This document shows, piece by piece, positions 16,825-25,741 of a DNA stretch of 64,000 nucleotides. This DNA is from Candidatus Palauibacter sp. (GTDB taxonomy: Bacteria > Gemmatimonadota > Gemmatimonadetes > Palauibacterales > Palauibacteraceae), in assembly GCF_965237495.1 (NCBI RefSeq), contig NZ_OZ250143.1, forward strand, positions 1,866,130-1,930,129, in the 5' to 3' direction. The notes under the pieces are model-generated. The model was not told where the DNA came from, searched no databases, and was given only the letters and a program-made list of their open reading frames with translations. A program made the position numbers and the translations under genes. Within the stretch, counting starts at the first letter, position 1. Every line of letters starts with the position of its first letter.

Positions 16825-18945
16825 ATGACGGTGGACGCACGCGGTCCCGGCCTGCCGGCCCGGATCGGGCGGCTGTGGGAGTTCGCGACCAACCTCTCGT
16901 GGACGTGGAACCGGGAGGCCCGGTCCGTCTTCCGCGCCATCGACCCGCCGCTGTGGCGTCGCTCGCTGAACAACCCCGTGGCGCTGCTTCGGGAGGTCGG
17001 GGACGCGCGCCTTCGCGCCCTGGCCGGGGATCCGGCGTTTCTGCCGCGCTACGACGCACTGTGCGCAGCGGTGGACGCGGCTGCGAGCCGCGAGTCGACC
17101 TGGTTCCAGCGGCGATACCCCGAGTTCGCCGCCACCCCGATCGCCTATTTCTGCGCCGAGTTCGCTCTGCACGAGTCCATCCCCATCTACTCCGGAGGGC
17201 TCGGGGTGCTGGCCGGAGATCACCTGAAGGCCGCTTCGGAACTCGGCGTCCCTCTCGTAGGCGTAGGCCTGATGTACGCGCACGGCTACTTCGACCAGAC
17301 GCTGGGCCCCGACGGCTGGCAGGAGGACGCCGATGATCCGCTCGATCCCCGGCTGACGCCGCTCGAGCGGCTGCGCGGGGCGGACGGCGTGCCCTGGCTC
17401 ACATGGATCCAGGGCGCGGGCCGACGCATCCACGTCGGAGCCTGGCGGGTCCGGGTCGGCCGCGTGCCGCTGTACCTGCTCGACACGGACCTGGACGAGA
17501 ACGACCCGGCGGACCGCGGCCTCTCGCACCAGCTGTACGCGGGTGGCGTCGACCACCGGCTGCGCCAGGAAGCGCTCCTCGGCGTCGGGGGGGTGCGGGT
17601 CCTCGCGGCGCTCGGGATCGAGCCCAGGGCGTGGCACGCCAACGAGGGCCACGCGGCGTTCATGATGGTCGAACGGGTACGCGGCCTCATTCGGGAGGGT
17701 CTTCCCTTCCCGGACGCCGTGGCCCGCGTGCGGGCCTCGACCGCATTCACCACGCACACGCCCGTGCCCGCCGGTCACGACGTGTTCTCCCACTCTCAGA
17801 TGCGGGACTGGACGGGCGAGAAGTTCTGGGAAGAGATCGAGGCGCGGGACGAACTTCTGGGGCTGGGGCTTCATCCGGACGACGAGGGACGCGACCGCTT
17901 CAACATGACGGCGGCCGCGATCCGGCTGTCACGGAGGGTGAACGGCGTCTCCGCGCGCCACGGCCACGTCAGCCGGGAGATCTGGCGCGGATTGTGGGCG
18001 AACCGGCCGGCCGGGGATGTCCCCATCCGGCACGTCACGAACGGCGTACACCTCGGGACGTGGATGCACGAGGACATCGTCCGTCTGCTGGACGACCACC
18101 TCCCGGCGGAGGCCCTGTGGCGGGTGCGCCGGCGGCTCAAGCTCAGACTCCTCGACCTGATGCGCGAAGAGGCCCGGGGCCGTTGGCGCGAACACTGGCC
18201 GGAAGCGGAGCACCTCGTCGGGGCGGGCACGCTCATGAGCCCGTATCCGCTCACGATCGGCTTCGCGCGGCGCTTCGCAGCCTACAAGCGCGCGGACCTC
18301 ATCTTCCGCGACCGCGACCGGTTGCTGGCGCTGCTCTCGGATCCGCGCCGGCCGGTGCAACTGATCTTCGCGGGGAAGGCGCACCCGCGGGATGACGAGG
18401 GCAAGCGGGTCCTGCAGCGCGTCTACGAGCACACCCGTGACCCCCGGTTCGAGGGACGGATCGCCTTCATCGAGAACTACGGGCTCCACACGGCCCATCG
18501 TCTCGTCGAGGGCGTCGACCTGTGGCTCAACCTGCCCCGGGTCCCGCTGGAGGCGAGCGGGACGAGCGGGATGAAGGCCGCGCTCAACGGCGTACCCCAA
18601 CTCGCGACGAACGACGGATGGTGGGAGGAGGGATTCGAGGGAGACAACGGCTGGATCCTGCCGCGCGCGCCGGAAGACGCGACCGAGGAGGAGACGGACC
18701 GCCACGATCACGAGCACCTCTTCCGCCTTCTCGAGGACGAGGTCGTCCCCCTCTTCTACGACCGGCCGGGCGAGGGCTCATGGGACGACGCCCCCGCGGG
18801 CTGGCTCGAGCGGGCGCGGCGGGCCATCGAGGTGGCCGGCGCGCGGTTCACGGCCCAACGCATGGTGCGAGAGTACGCCCGCGACTACTACGTCCCGGCG
18901 CTGCGTGGACTCTCCGATGGCGACGACCCGCCGACTCACATGTAG
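16825..18945 (+). CDS. glgP: alpha-glucan (glycogen/maltodextrin) phosphorylase, GT35, ~700-aa type
   Basis: FCAEFALHESIPIYSGGLGVLAGDHLKAASELGVPLVGVGLMYAHGYF; 706 aa. Confidence 0.85.
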   Translation: MTVDARGPGLPARIGRLWEFATNLSWTWNREARSVFRAIDPPLWRRSLNNPVALLREVGDARLRALAGDPAFLPRYDALCAAVDAAASRESTWFQRRYPEFAATPIAYFCAEFALHESIPIYSGGLGVLAGDHLKAASELGVPLVGVGLMYAHGYFDQTLGPDGWQEDADDPLDPRLTPLERLRGADGVPWLTWIQGAGRRIHVGAWRVRVGRVPLYLLDTDLDENDPADRGLSHQLYAGGVDHRLRQEALLGVGGVRVLAALGIEPRAWHANEGHAAFMMVERVRGLIREGLPFPDAVARVRASTAFTTHTPVPAGHDVFSHSQMRDWTGEKFWEEIEARDELLGLGLHPDDEGRDRFNMTAAAIRLSRRVNGVSARHGHVSREIWRGLWANRPAGDVPIRHVTNGVHLGTWMHEDIVRLLDDHLPAEALWRVRRRLKLRLLDLMREEARGRWREHWPEAEHLVGAGTLMSPYPLTIGFARRFAAYKRADLIFRDRDRLLALLSDPRRPVQLIFAGKAHPRDDEGKRVLQRVYEHTRDPRFEGRIAFIENYGLHTAHRLVEGVDLWLNLPRVPLEASGTSGMKAALNGVPQLATNDGWWEEGFEGDNGWILPRAPEDATEEETDRHDHEHLFRLLEDEVVPLFYDRPGEGSWDDAPAGWLERARRAIEVAGARFTAQRMVREYARDYYVPALRGLSDGDDPPTHM

Positions 18946-18982
18946 CGGCCCACCCCCGGAGGGAAGGCGGCGGCTCGCGCTC

Positions 18983-19735
18983 CTAGCGGGGCGGCAGCAG
19001 TTCGTCCAGGTAGCGGAGCAGCATGTTGCGCCATGTGGGCCAGTCGTGGTGCCAGTCTTCGCCCCAGTCGTCCACCCGGTTCGGCACGCCCTTCCCGCCC
19101 AGCCGCGACGCCATGCGCCACGATTCGTCGATGTCCTCGGCGCGCCCGCGTCCTGACGCGAAGAGGGCGAACCGTTCCCGCAGCCGGTCGAGCGTCTCAC
19201 CCGTGAGATCCGGCAGGTAGTGCAGAGGGGACGCGTGGTAGAAGTCTTCCGTGATCCCCGCCCGAATCCCGGTCTCGTGCTTCAGGAACCGCTCCAGGTC
19301 GTAGGTCCCGCTCATGCAGAGCGCGTGCGAGAAGGCGTCCGGGAAGCGGCACAGCATGGCCAGCGCGTGGAAGGCCCCGATGGAGGATCCCGCCGCCATC
19401 ACGTCGATCGACGGGTCGTTGCAGTCGTCCTGGATCCAGGGGACGAACTCGTAGCCGACGAAATCCTGGAATCGGTTGAGCACGCGCATGCGGTGCTCGG
19501 GCGTCCCCTCCTGGCCGAGCATGGCGCGTCCGGCCACGCTGTCGCACGAATAGACCTTGAGACGACCGTCCGTGAGGTAGTCCGCCACCGTGTCGATGAC
19601 GAGGAAGCGCTCGATCTCCTCCGCGTCGCCGGCGGCGGTGGGGAACATGAGGAGGGGGACGCCGACCTCGCCCCAGCGGACGACGTCGACTTCCTGCTCG
19701 AGACGGTCCGACCACCAGCTGGCGATGAGTTTCAT
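18983..19735 (-). CDS. alpha/beta-hydrolase esterase (PF00756-like)
   Basis: Start ATG (cat 19733-35) overlapping the upstream stop (ATGA); MKLIASWW...; GxSxG as AGSSIGAF; 250 aa. Confidence 0.6.
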   Translation of the reverse strand: MKLIASWWSDRLEQEVDVVRWGEVGVPLLMFPTAAGDAEEIERFLVIDTVADYLTDGRLKVYSCDSVAGRAMLGQEGTPEHRMRVLNRFQDFVGYEFVPWIQDDCNDPSIDVMAAGSSIGAFHALAMLCRFPDAFSHALCMSGTYDLERFLKHETGIRAGITEDFYHASPLHYLPDLTGETLDRLRERFALFASGRGRAEDIDESWRMASRLGGKGVPNRVDDWGEDWHHDWPTWRNMLLRYLDELLPPR

Positions 19736-21018
19736 GACGCGAGGATGGGTACGCTGCCGGGCGGCTCTTCCCGCCGGGCCGCCTGGATGCGGTTGAAGAG
19801 GAGATCTGTAAACTCGTCGATCTCGTGATCCGGGTACAGCGACGACACCTTCACGTGGACCGCGTCGCGGGCCGCCTCGCTGCCGAAGAACTCGTCGGCC
19901 ACCTCGTCGAGCTGGCCGAGGTGCGTCTCGCAGAAATCCACGAAGCGGTCGGTCTCCAGGCGCGCCTCGGCGATTTCGCCGCAGACCCGCATCCTCTCCT
20001 CCGGCGTCATCCCGGCGCGGCACGCGTCGAAGAACGGTTGCCAGTCAAGGTTGATGCGCATTCGCCTCCGGGTCGCCGCGCAGAAGATGGACCAGCGGAT
20101 ATTCGCCTTGATGAGCCACGGAAAATGATAGTGGAGCGACGTGACCTGGGAATCCGGGCACGGGTTCGCGAAGTCGATCGGTATCCACCGCCCGCCGCTG
20201 CGGAGGGCTTCGCAGGAGTTGAAGTCCCACCCGAAGAAGGCGTTGATCGTGAGCGTCATGTCGCGGATCTCGCGGGCGTCGCTCGCGCCGAGAAAATCCC
20301 GCTCGAGGGTGTACCGGTCGTGCTGCGGGGCGCCGGGGTCGTAGAGAACGGCGCGCGTCTGTGGTCCCAGCCCGACGCAGCGGACGAAGCGGTCGTACGC
20401 TTCCACGCCCCGCTGCAGGTGCATGACGAACTTGCCGCTCTCGTCGTAGGCGGCCTGCAGCGCCTCGTCGTCCTCGATCCGCGAGACCCCGCGCCAGCCC
20501 CCGCCGTCGTAGGGCTTCATGAAGACGGGATATCCGAGATCGCGCGCCACTTCCCGGAGATCGAACAGCCGCGCGTAGCGCCGAAGGGTGACGGCCAGGT
20601 CGTCTTTCGGCTCGTACGACTTGGGCGGGATCAGCCAGGTCCGCGGCACCGGGAGACCCAGCCGCATCATGGCGCAGTAGGTGGAGTGCTTCTCCATCGA
20701 CTGGACGCTCCACGGGTTGTTGAACACGTAGAGGTCGTCCATGACGACGCACTTCTTGATCCACTCGCGCGTCGGGAAGTACCAGCGCGTGAGGCGGTCG
20801 ATGACGAGGTCGTATCTCACCGGCTTCTGAATGTCGAAAGGCTCGATCGTGACGTCCTCGACCTGGAACCGGAGGGTGCCATCCGGGGAGGGAATCCGGA
20901 GGTCCAGCCGCCGGAGGATCTCGCGATAGGCGATGGGCCAGCAGAGGTCCGCCCCGAGGGAGAGCCCGATGCGGCGCGTGACTTCGGGCGCCGGGGTGGC
21001 GGCTCGAGGGGGGGTCAT
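19732..21018 (-). CDS. ATP-grasp domain protein (divergent fourth member of the cluster)
   Basis: GYPVFMKPYDGGGWRGVSRIEDDEALQAAY; ...WIPIDFANPCPD; start ATG (cat 21016-18) overlapping the upstream stop. Confidence 0.55.
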   Translation of the reverse strand: MTPPRAATPAPEVTRRIGLSLGADLCWPIAYREILRRLDLRIPSPDGTLRFQVEDVTIEPFDIQKPVRYDLVIDRLTRWYFPTREWIKKCVVMDDLYVFNNPWSVQSMEKHSTYCAMMRLGLPVPRTWLIPPKSYEPKDDLAVTLRRYARLFDLREVARDLGYPVFMKPYDGGGWRGVSRIEDDEALQAAYDESGKFVMHLQRGVEAYDRFVRCVGLGPQTRAVLYDPGAPQHDRYTLERDFLGASDAREIRDMTLTINAFFGWDFNSCEALRSGGRWIPIDFANPCPDSQVTSLHYHFPWLIKANIRWSIFCAATRRRMRINLDWQPFFDACRAGMTPEERMRVCGEIAEARLETDRFVDFCETHLGQLDEVADEFFGSEAARDAVHVKVSSLYPDHEIDEFTDLLFNRIQAARREEPPGSVPILAS

Positions 21019-22202
21019 TCGTACACCAACCACAACGGGCCCGGGAAGAGCCACGTGAGCCCCTCGCGGAGCCGGTCGCGCCAGTTCTCCCAGTTGTGGC
21101 CATCGCGCGACTCGACGAAACGAACGTCGACGCCGACGCGCCGGAGGACGGGGATGAGCGCGCGGTTCTCGGAGGCCAGCGGCTCGTACACGCCGACGGA
21201 GACGAACGCCTTTTCGGCGACAGGGGTCGGCGCGTCCCGGTACCCGTTCATCATGTCGACCATCCGGTCGAAGACGGGGCCGCCCTCATTGCCGCCGATG
21301 TCCGTGAAGAGGAACGAGCCCGACTGGAGCAGCAGCCGGCCGAAGCGGTCGGGGTAGCGGAGCGCGACGTGGAAGGAGGCGACCGCCCCCAGACTGGCGC
21401 CCATGAGGCCGCGCGAATCGGGCTCGGGGAGGAGCGGGTAGTCGCGCTCGAGTCGCGGCAGCAACTCCTCGACGACGAACCGGGCGTGGGCCGGATCCGC
21501 CGAGTATTCCGACATCCGGTCGCCCGGGTGCAGCAGCGCGACGATCAGGCGCGGAAGCTCGAAGCGCCCGATGAGCTGGTCGAGCACCGGCCGCAGGCTG
21601 GCGTACTCGAGGTAGTCGGCCCCGTCGTGCACGATGAGCAGCGGGTAGCGACGCGTGGGGCGGAAGTCCGCCGGCCGGTACACGGTCACATGCCGGGCGG
21701 AGTCGAACGCCTCGCTCTCGACCACGAGTTCGTCCATGACGCCGGCGGGCGCTTCGCCGGTCTCGCGGGCCCAATCGGGGATCTCGTAGCCGCGCGCCTG
21801 AACGACGGAGTTCGCGCCGAACGGATCGCGCGCACGGAGGGGGTTCAGGGGGTCCTCGATCCATTCGGCGCGGCCGCGGGCGAGCACTTCGATCTTGTAC
21901 TCCACGCGGGAACTGTCCGGCAGTTCGAGCGTGTAGCACCAGAGATCGGTCCCCTCCAGACGGCGGAACGGGGCCGAAGTGTGGAGCCCGTGCACCCAGT
22001 GCCGGAGCCGTACGGCGTCGGCCTCCCCTCGATAGACGAAGGTATAGAGAGGCGGTTCCGCGAGCGGGAACTCGTGGGCTTCCAGGAAGGCATCCACGGC
22101 GCGGGGATCGGATGCGAGCCGCGCCTCCAGGGCCGCGATCGAGGCGGAGCGCGGCATGGACGCGTCGTGCCCGCGCGGCCGGGGGCTGGCGTCGAATCGC
22201 AT
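21015..22202 (-). CDS. esterase-family alpha/beta hydrolase (PF00756-like) with N-terminal Ig-like domain
   Basis: YPLLIVHDGADY; nucleophile in MGASLGAVASFH; HNWENW; start uncertain between 22202 and 22157. Confidence 0.6.
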   Translation of the reverse strand: MRFDASPRPRGHDASMPRSASIAALEARLASDPRAVDAFLEAHEFPLAEPPLYTFVYRGEADAVRLRHWVHGLHTSAPFRRLEGTDLWCYTLELPDSSRVEYKIEVLARGRAEWIEDPLNPLRARDPFGANSVVQARGYEIPDWARETGEAPAGVMDELVVESEAFDSARHVTVYRPADFRPTRRYPLLIVHDGADYLEYASLRPVLDQLIGRFELPRLIVALLHPGDRMSEYSADPAHARFVVEELLPRLERDYPLLPEPDSRGLMGASLGAVASFHVALRYPDRFGRLLLQSGSFLFTDIGGNEGGPVFDRMVDMMNGYRDAPTPVAEKAFVSVGVYEPLASENRALIPVLRRVGVDVRFVESRDGHNWENWRDRLREGLTWLFPGPLWLVYE

Positions 22203-22210
22203 CGCTCGGG

Positions 22211-23161
22211 CTACGCCGCCGCGAGGAAACGGACCCGGCGGCCCGTCGGGTCGAGCCGTTCGACTCCGCCTTCCCCGCTCCAGCCCTCGGCGGCCAGATC
22301 GATCCGGTGTCCCGGGTCGAGGAGGACGCAGGAGGCCGGGGCAAATCGGGCCGCGAGCCGCGCACCCAGCGCTCGGTCGTCGAGCGCGAGACGCGCGGAG
22401 GCGTGGGGCAGCGCCACGATGTCCTCGGCCAGTCCGAGCCCCGCATCGAAGACCTCGGGGTGCCCCGCGCCCCACGGCGGCCGGTCGTGGAAGAGCACGA
22501 TGCGCGGGGTGAGCACCATCGCCCCGGCCGAGCGGGCGATCACGGCGCGTCCCTGGAGGAGCTCCCGTCCCCCGAACAGGCGGAGGCGGCTGAGCAGGTT
22601 CGCGACGTGTCCGCCCTCGATCACGACCGCCTCCGTCCCCTCCAGTCGCGCGTCGACTTCCCGCCGCTGCGATCGCACCGCGTCGCGCTCAGCGGACTTC
22701 ATGCGCCGCTCGAACTCCGACCGGATCTCGGCGACCCGGTCCAGGTGCCGGGCGTCGAGCCGCCGGATGGCCTCCAGGGCCTCGTCCCGTTCCGCCCGAA
22801 GAACGGATTCGTCTCCACGCAACTCGGCCAGCCCCCGGTGTGCCCCGACGAGGCCATCGAGTCGCAGGTTGTAGGCGCGACGCAGGGCCTTGAGCCGACC
22901 CTGGGTGGCCCGGTGCGCCCGGGCGAATTCCGGGTCCGCCTCCGCCACCCGGTCCGAGCGCCGGTACAGTTCGAGATCGACGACGCGGTCGGCGAGGCGG
23001 GGATCGATGAAGCCCTCGTTCGCTTCGCGGTCCCGCCACCCGGCGGTGACGGCCGCAATCCTCGAACCGCGCGATATCACGCCCGAGGCTTCCAGTTCCG
23101 CGACCACCCCCGGGAGGGTGAGGCCCCCGCCGCGCGGCCCGATGAGGACGACCGGATTCAT
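22211..23161 (-). CDS. peptidase S51-like (dipeptidase E / cyanophycinase family, class-I glutamine-amidotransferase-like fold) with a ~100-aa coiled-coil insertion
   Basis: EAVVIEGGHVANLLSRLR...AVIARSAGAMVL parallels PepE EIIIVGGGNTFQLL...IGWSAGANL (GGG and nucleophile-Ser motifs); start ATG (cat 23159-61) overlaps the upstream stop. Confidence 0.45.
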   Translation of the reverse strand: MNPVVLIGPRGGGLTLPGVVAELEASGVISRGSRIAAVTAGWRDREANEGFIDPRLADRVVDLELYRRSDRVAEADPEFARAHRATQGRLKALRRAYNLRLDGLVGAHRGLAELRGDESVLRAERDEALEAIRRLDARHLDRVAEIRSEFERRMKSAERDAVRSQRREVDARLEGTEAVVIEGGHVANLLSRLRLFGGRELLQGRAVIARSAGAMVLTPRIVLFHDRPPWGAGHPEVFDAGLGLAEDIVALPHASARLALDDRALGARLAARFAPASCVLLDPGHRIDLAAEGWSGEGGVERLDPTGRRVRFLAAA

Positions 23162-24381
23162 GCGGCGCGAACCCTGACCCAGCGCCCCACCGAATCCAGC
23201 ATCCCGCGCAGTTCGTCGTAGTCGGGATGCCGCAGACGCAACCACGCGTTCGCCATATAGCCCGCCTCCACCGGCTGGGTCGGCGTGCCCGGGGACGGCA
23301 GGTGCACGTCGATGATCCACTCTCCGAACCGCGATTCCACCTTCTCCAGACCCTCGTACCCCGTGATCCGGCCATCGCGCTCCGGACGCAGCGTGACGAT
23401 GCCCGCGGAGTAGCGGCGGGTCGCCTCCTGCGCCGTGCGCCCGTGCACGATGCAGGCGGCCCATTCCCGGTACAGGTCCATCTCGTTGGCGGCGGCGTAC
23501 AGATCCCACGCCCGGACGCCGGGAGGGCGGCAGCCGATCTCGGAGAACTTGAGCCCTTTCTCCCCGAAGAACCACTCCATGTGGGTCGCCGAGGTCCCGA
23601 TCTCGAGCGCGTCGATGACCTTCTTCCCGAGCTCCCGAACCTCGGCATAGGGGGCGGCGGCATCGATCCGGTTCGTCGTGATGAACTGCGGCGAGACCTC
23701 CCGCGTCCGCATCGCCTCGAGCACGTTCGGGTAGTAGTGGGTCATGAAATCGTGCACGATCACGCCGCCGATCGAGAGCGTGTCGTAGAACGCCTCGTGC
23801 CCCTCGACGAACTCCTCGACCGCGACTTCGGCGCCGTGACCCACCCCGAGGCGGGGGAGGAGCGCGGCGAGTTCGGCTTCGCTGTCGACGCGATAGGTCC
23901 CGGAAGCGCCCGCCCCGGCGCGCGGCTTGACGATGAGCGGATAGCCGACGCGGCTCCCGAAGCGCAGGATCTCGTCCGCATCGCCCCCGCCCATCGACTG
24001 CGCGGTCGCGACGCCCGCCTCGCGCAGCGCCTCCTTCATGGCCGGCTTGTCGCGGCACAGATGCGCGGTCTTCACGGAGGTGCCGGCCAGCCCCGCCGCC
24101 TCCCGGACGCGGGCCACGGGCAGGATGTGCGCCTCCACGGTGGCCTCGAGGCGGTCCACGAGCCGGCGGCGATGGATCTCGTACAGCGCCCGGGAGAGGG
24201 CGGACTCGTCGCACACCGAACCCACCTGCTCGTAGCAGGTGAGCCACCGGGGCAGGTCGGGGCCGAGTGCATCGAGCGGGGCTTCACCGACCGCCGACAC
24301 CTCCGCGCCGACCTCGTGAAGACCGCGGACGAAGTCCTTCTGATTCCCGGGAAACCGGGGTTCGACGAATACGACGTGCAT
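23158..24381 (-). CDS. ATP-grasp ligase, paralog 1 (L-amino-acid-ligase-like)
   Basis: MHVVFVEPRFPGNQ...; GYPLIVKPRAGAGASGTYRV; EEFVEGHEAFYD; HMEWFFGEKGLKFSEIGCRPPG; 407 aa. Confidence 0.7.
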   Translation of the reverse strand: MHVVFVEPRFPGNQKDFVRGLHEVGAEVSAVGEAPLDALGPDLPRWLTCYEQVGSVCDESALSRALYEIHRRRLVDRLEATVEAHILPVARVREAAGLAGTSVKTAHLCRDKPAMKEALREAGVATAQSMGGGDADEILRFGSRVGYPLIVKPRAGAGASGTYRVDSEAELAALLPRLGVGHGAEVAVEEFVEGHEAFYDTLSIGGVIVHDFMTHYYPNVLEAMRTREVSPQFITTNRIDAAAPYAEVRELGKKVIDALEIGTSATHMEWFFGEKGLKFSEIGCRPPGVRAWDLYAAANEMDLYREWAACIVHGRTAQEATRRYSAGIVTLRPERDGRITGYEGLEKVESRFGEWIIDVHLPSPGTPTQPVEAGYMANAWLRLRHPDYDELRGMLDSVGRWVRVRAA

Positions 24382-24517
24382 CGTTCTCTCAGACGGGTTT
24401 TGCGAGAGGCGCCGTGAAGCTTCACTTTGTCGGCCCGGCATTGTACAGTCCTTCCTCTCAAGCGCCAGCCCGGCGGTCCGTACCCGGTCCGTACCTGTCC
24501 GAAACCCTGGAAGTTCC

Positions 24518-25741
24518 ATGCGCAACGTCGCATTCGTCGCCCCGTTCTATCTCCCTGCCACGCTTCGGTTTCTGGAAGCGGCGGCGGGACTCGAGAACGT
24601 GCGTCTGGGGGTCGTGACGCAGGAGCCGATCGAGAAGATGCCCCCGGCGCTACGGCGGCGCATCGCTGCTACGGCGCGGGTCGAGGACGCGCTGTCGGCG
24701 GAGGGGATCCACGCCGGGCTCGGACAGCTCTCCGCGGAATTCGGGGGGATCGACCGGCTGCTGGGCGCGCTCGAGGATCTCCAGGTGCCGCTCGGCGAGC
24801 TGCGCGACGCGCTCGGACTCCCCGGGATGGGCGCCGCGGCGGCACACAATTTCCGCGACAAGTCGCGGATGAAGGACGTGCTGCGCGCGCACGGCCTGCC
24901 CTGCGCCCGGCACGCGCTCGTCCGCGACCAAGCCGAGGCGGCGGCGTTCTCCGCCGAGCAGGGGTTCCCGCTCATCGTGAAGCCCCCGGCCGGCTCCGGC
25001 GCCCGCGGCACCTTCCGGGTCGAGACGCCCGAGGAACTGCGCGCCGCCGTCGCAATGTCCGCGCCGAGCCCGGATCGACCCACCCTCATCGAGGAGTTCG
25101 TGGTCGGCGAGGAACACTCGTTCGATGCCGTGTCGATCGGCGGCCGCCTCGTGTGGCACTCGATCAACCACTACCTCCCCTCGCCGCTCGAGGTGCTGCG
25201 CGAGCCGTGGATCCAGTGGTGCGTCCTCCTCCCGCGCGAGGTGGACTCCCCGCGCTACGAGGAGATCCGCCACGTCGCGGGACCCGCGCTCGACGCGCTG
25301 GGGATGGAGACGGGCCTCAGCCACATGGAATGGTTCCGGCGCCCCGACGGGACGGTCGCCATCTCGGAGGTCGGCGCCCGCCCGCCCGGTGCGCAGTTCG
25401 TCACGCTGATCTCCCACGCGCACGAGTTCGACCTCTATCGGGCCTGGGCGCGCCTGCTGGTGTTCGACGACTTCGATCCTCAGGCCCGGCCCTACGCGGC
25501 GGGCGCGGCGTATCTCCGGGGACAGGGACACGGAAGGGTCCGGCGGGTGGCGGGACTCGAGGAGATCGCGAGCGAACTGGGGCCGCTATGCGTCGAGTGG
25601 CGGCTGCCGCGGCCGGGACAGGCCCGGAGCGCCTCCTACGAGGGAGAAGGTTACATCATCGTGCGTCACCCTCGCACCGAAATGGTCGAGGAGGCGCTGG
25701 GACGGATCATTACCCGCGTGCGGGTGGAGCTACAGCCATGA
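24518..25741 (+). CDS. ATP-grasp ligase, paralog 2
   Basis: MRNVAFVAPFYLP...; GFPLIVKPPAGSGARGTFRV; EEFVVGEEHSFD; HMEWFRRPDGTVAISEVGARPPG; 407 aa. Confidence 0.7.
   Translation: MRNVAFVAPFYLPATLRFLEAAAGLENVRLGVVTQEPIEKMPPALRRRIAATARVEDALSAEGIHAGLGQLSAEFGGIDRLLGALEDLQVPLGELRDALGLPGMGAAAAHNFRDKSRMKDVLRAHGLPCARHALVRDQAEAAAFSAEQGFPLIVKPPAGSGARGTFRVETPEELRAAVAMSAPSPDRPTLIEEFVVGEEHSFDAVSIGGRLVWHSINHYLPSPLEVLREPWIQWCVLLPREVDSPRYEEIRHVAGPALDALGMETGLSHMEWFRRPDGTVAISEVGARPPGAQFVTLISHAHEFDLYRAWARLLVFDDFDPQARPYAAGAAYLRGQGHGRVRRVAGLEEIASELGPLCVEWRLPRPGQARSASYEGEGYIIVRHPRTEMVEEALGRIITRVRVELQP

Noticed and set aside
16537-17874. N-terminal extension of the symporter ORF, making a 1011-aa protein
   Set aside because: The canonical AGCS N-terminus starts at the Met at 16536; the upstream translation is nonsense and runs antisense through glgP
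22157-22202. Alternative shorter start (22157) for the esterase gene
   Set aside because: Not rejected outright; 22202 is preferred because it closes the gap to the upstream stop (operon coupling), but neither has an RBS
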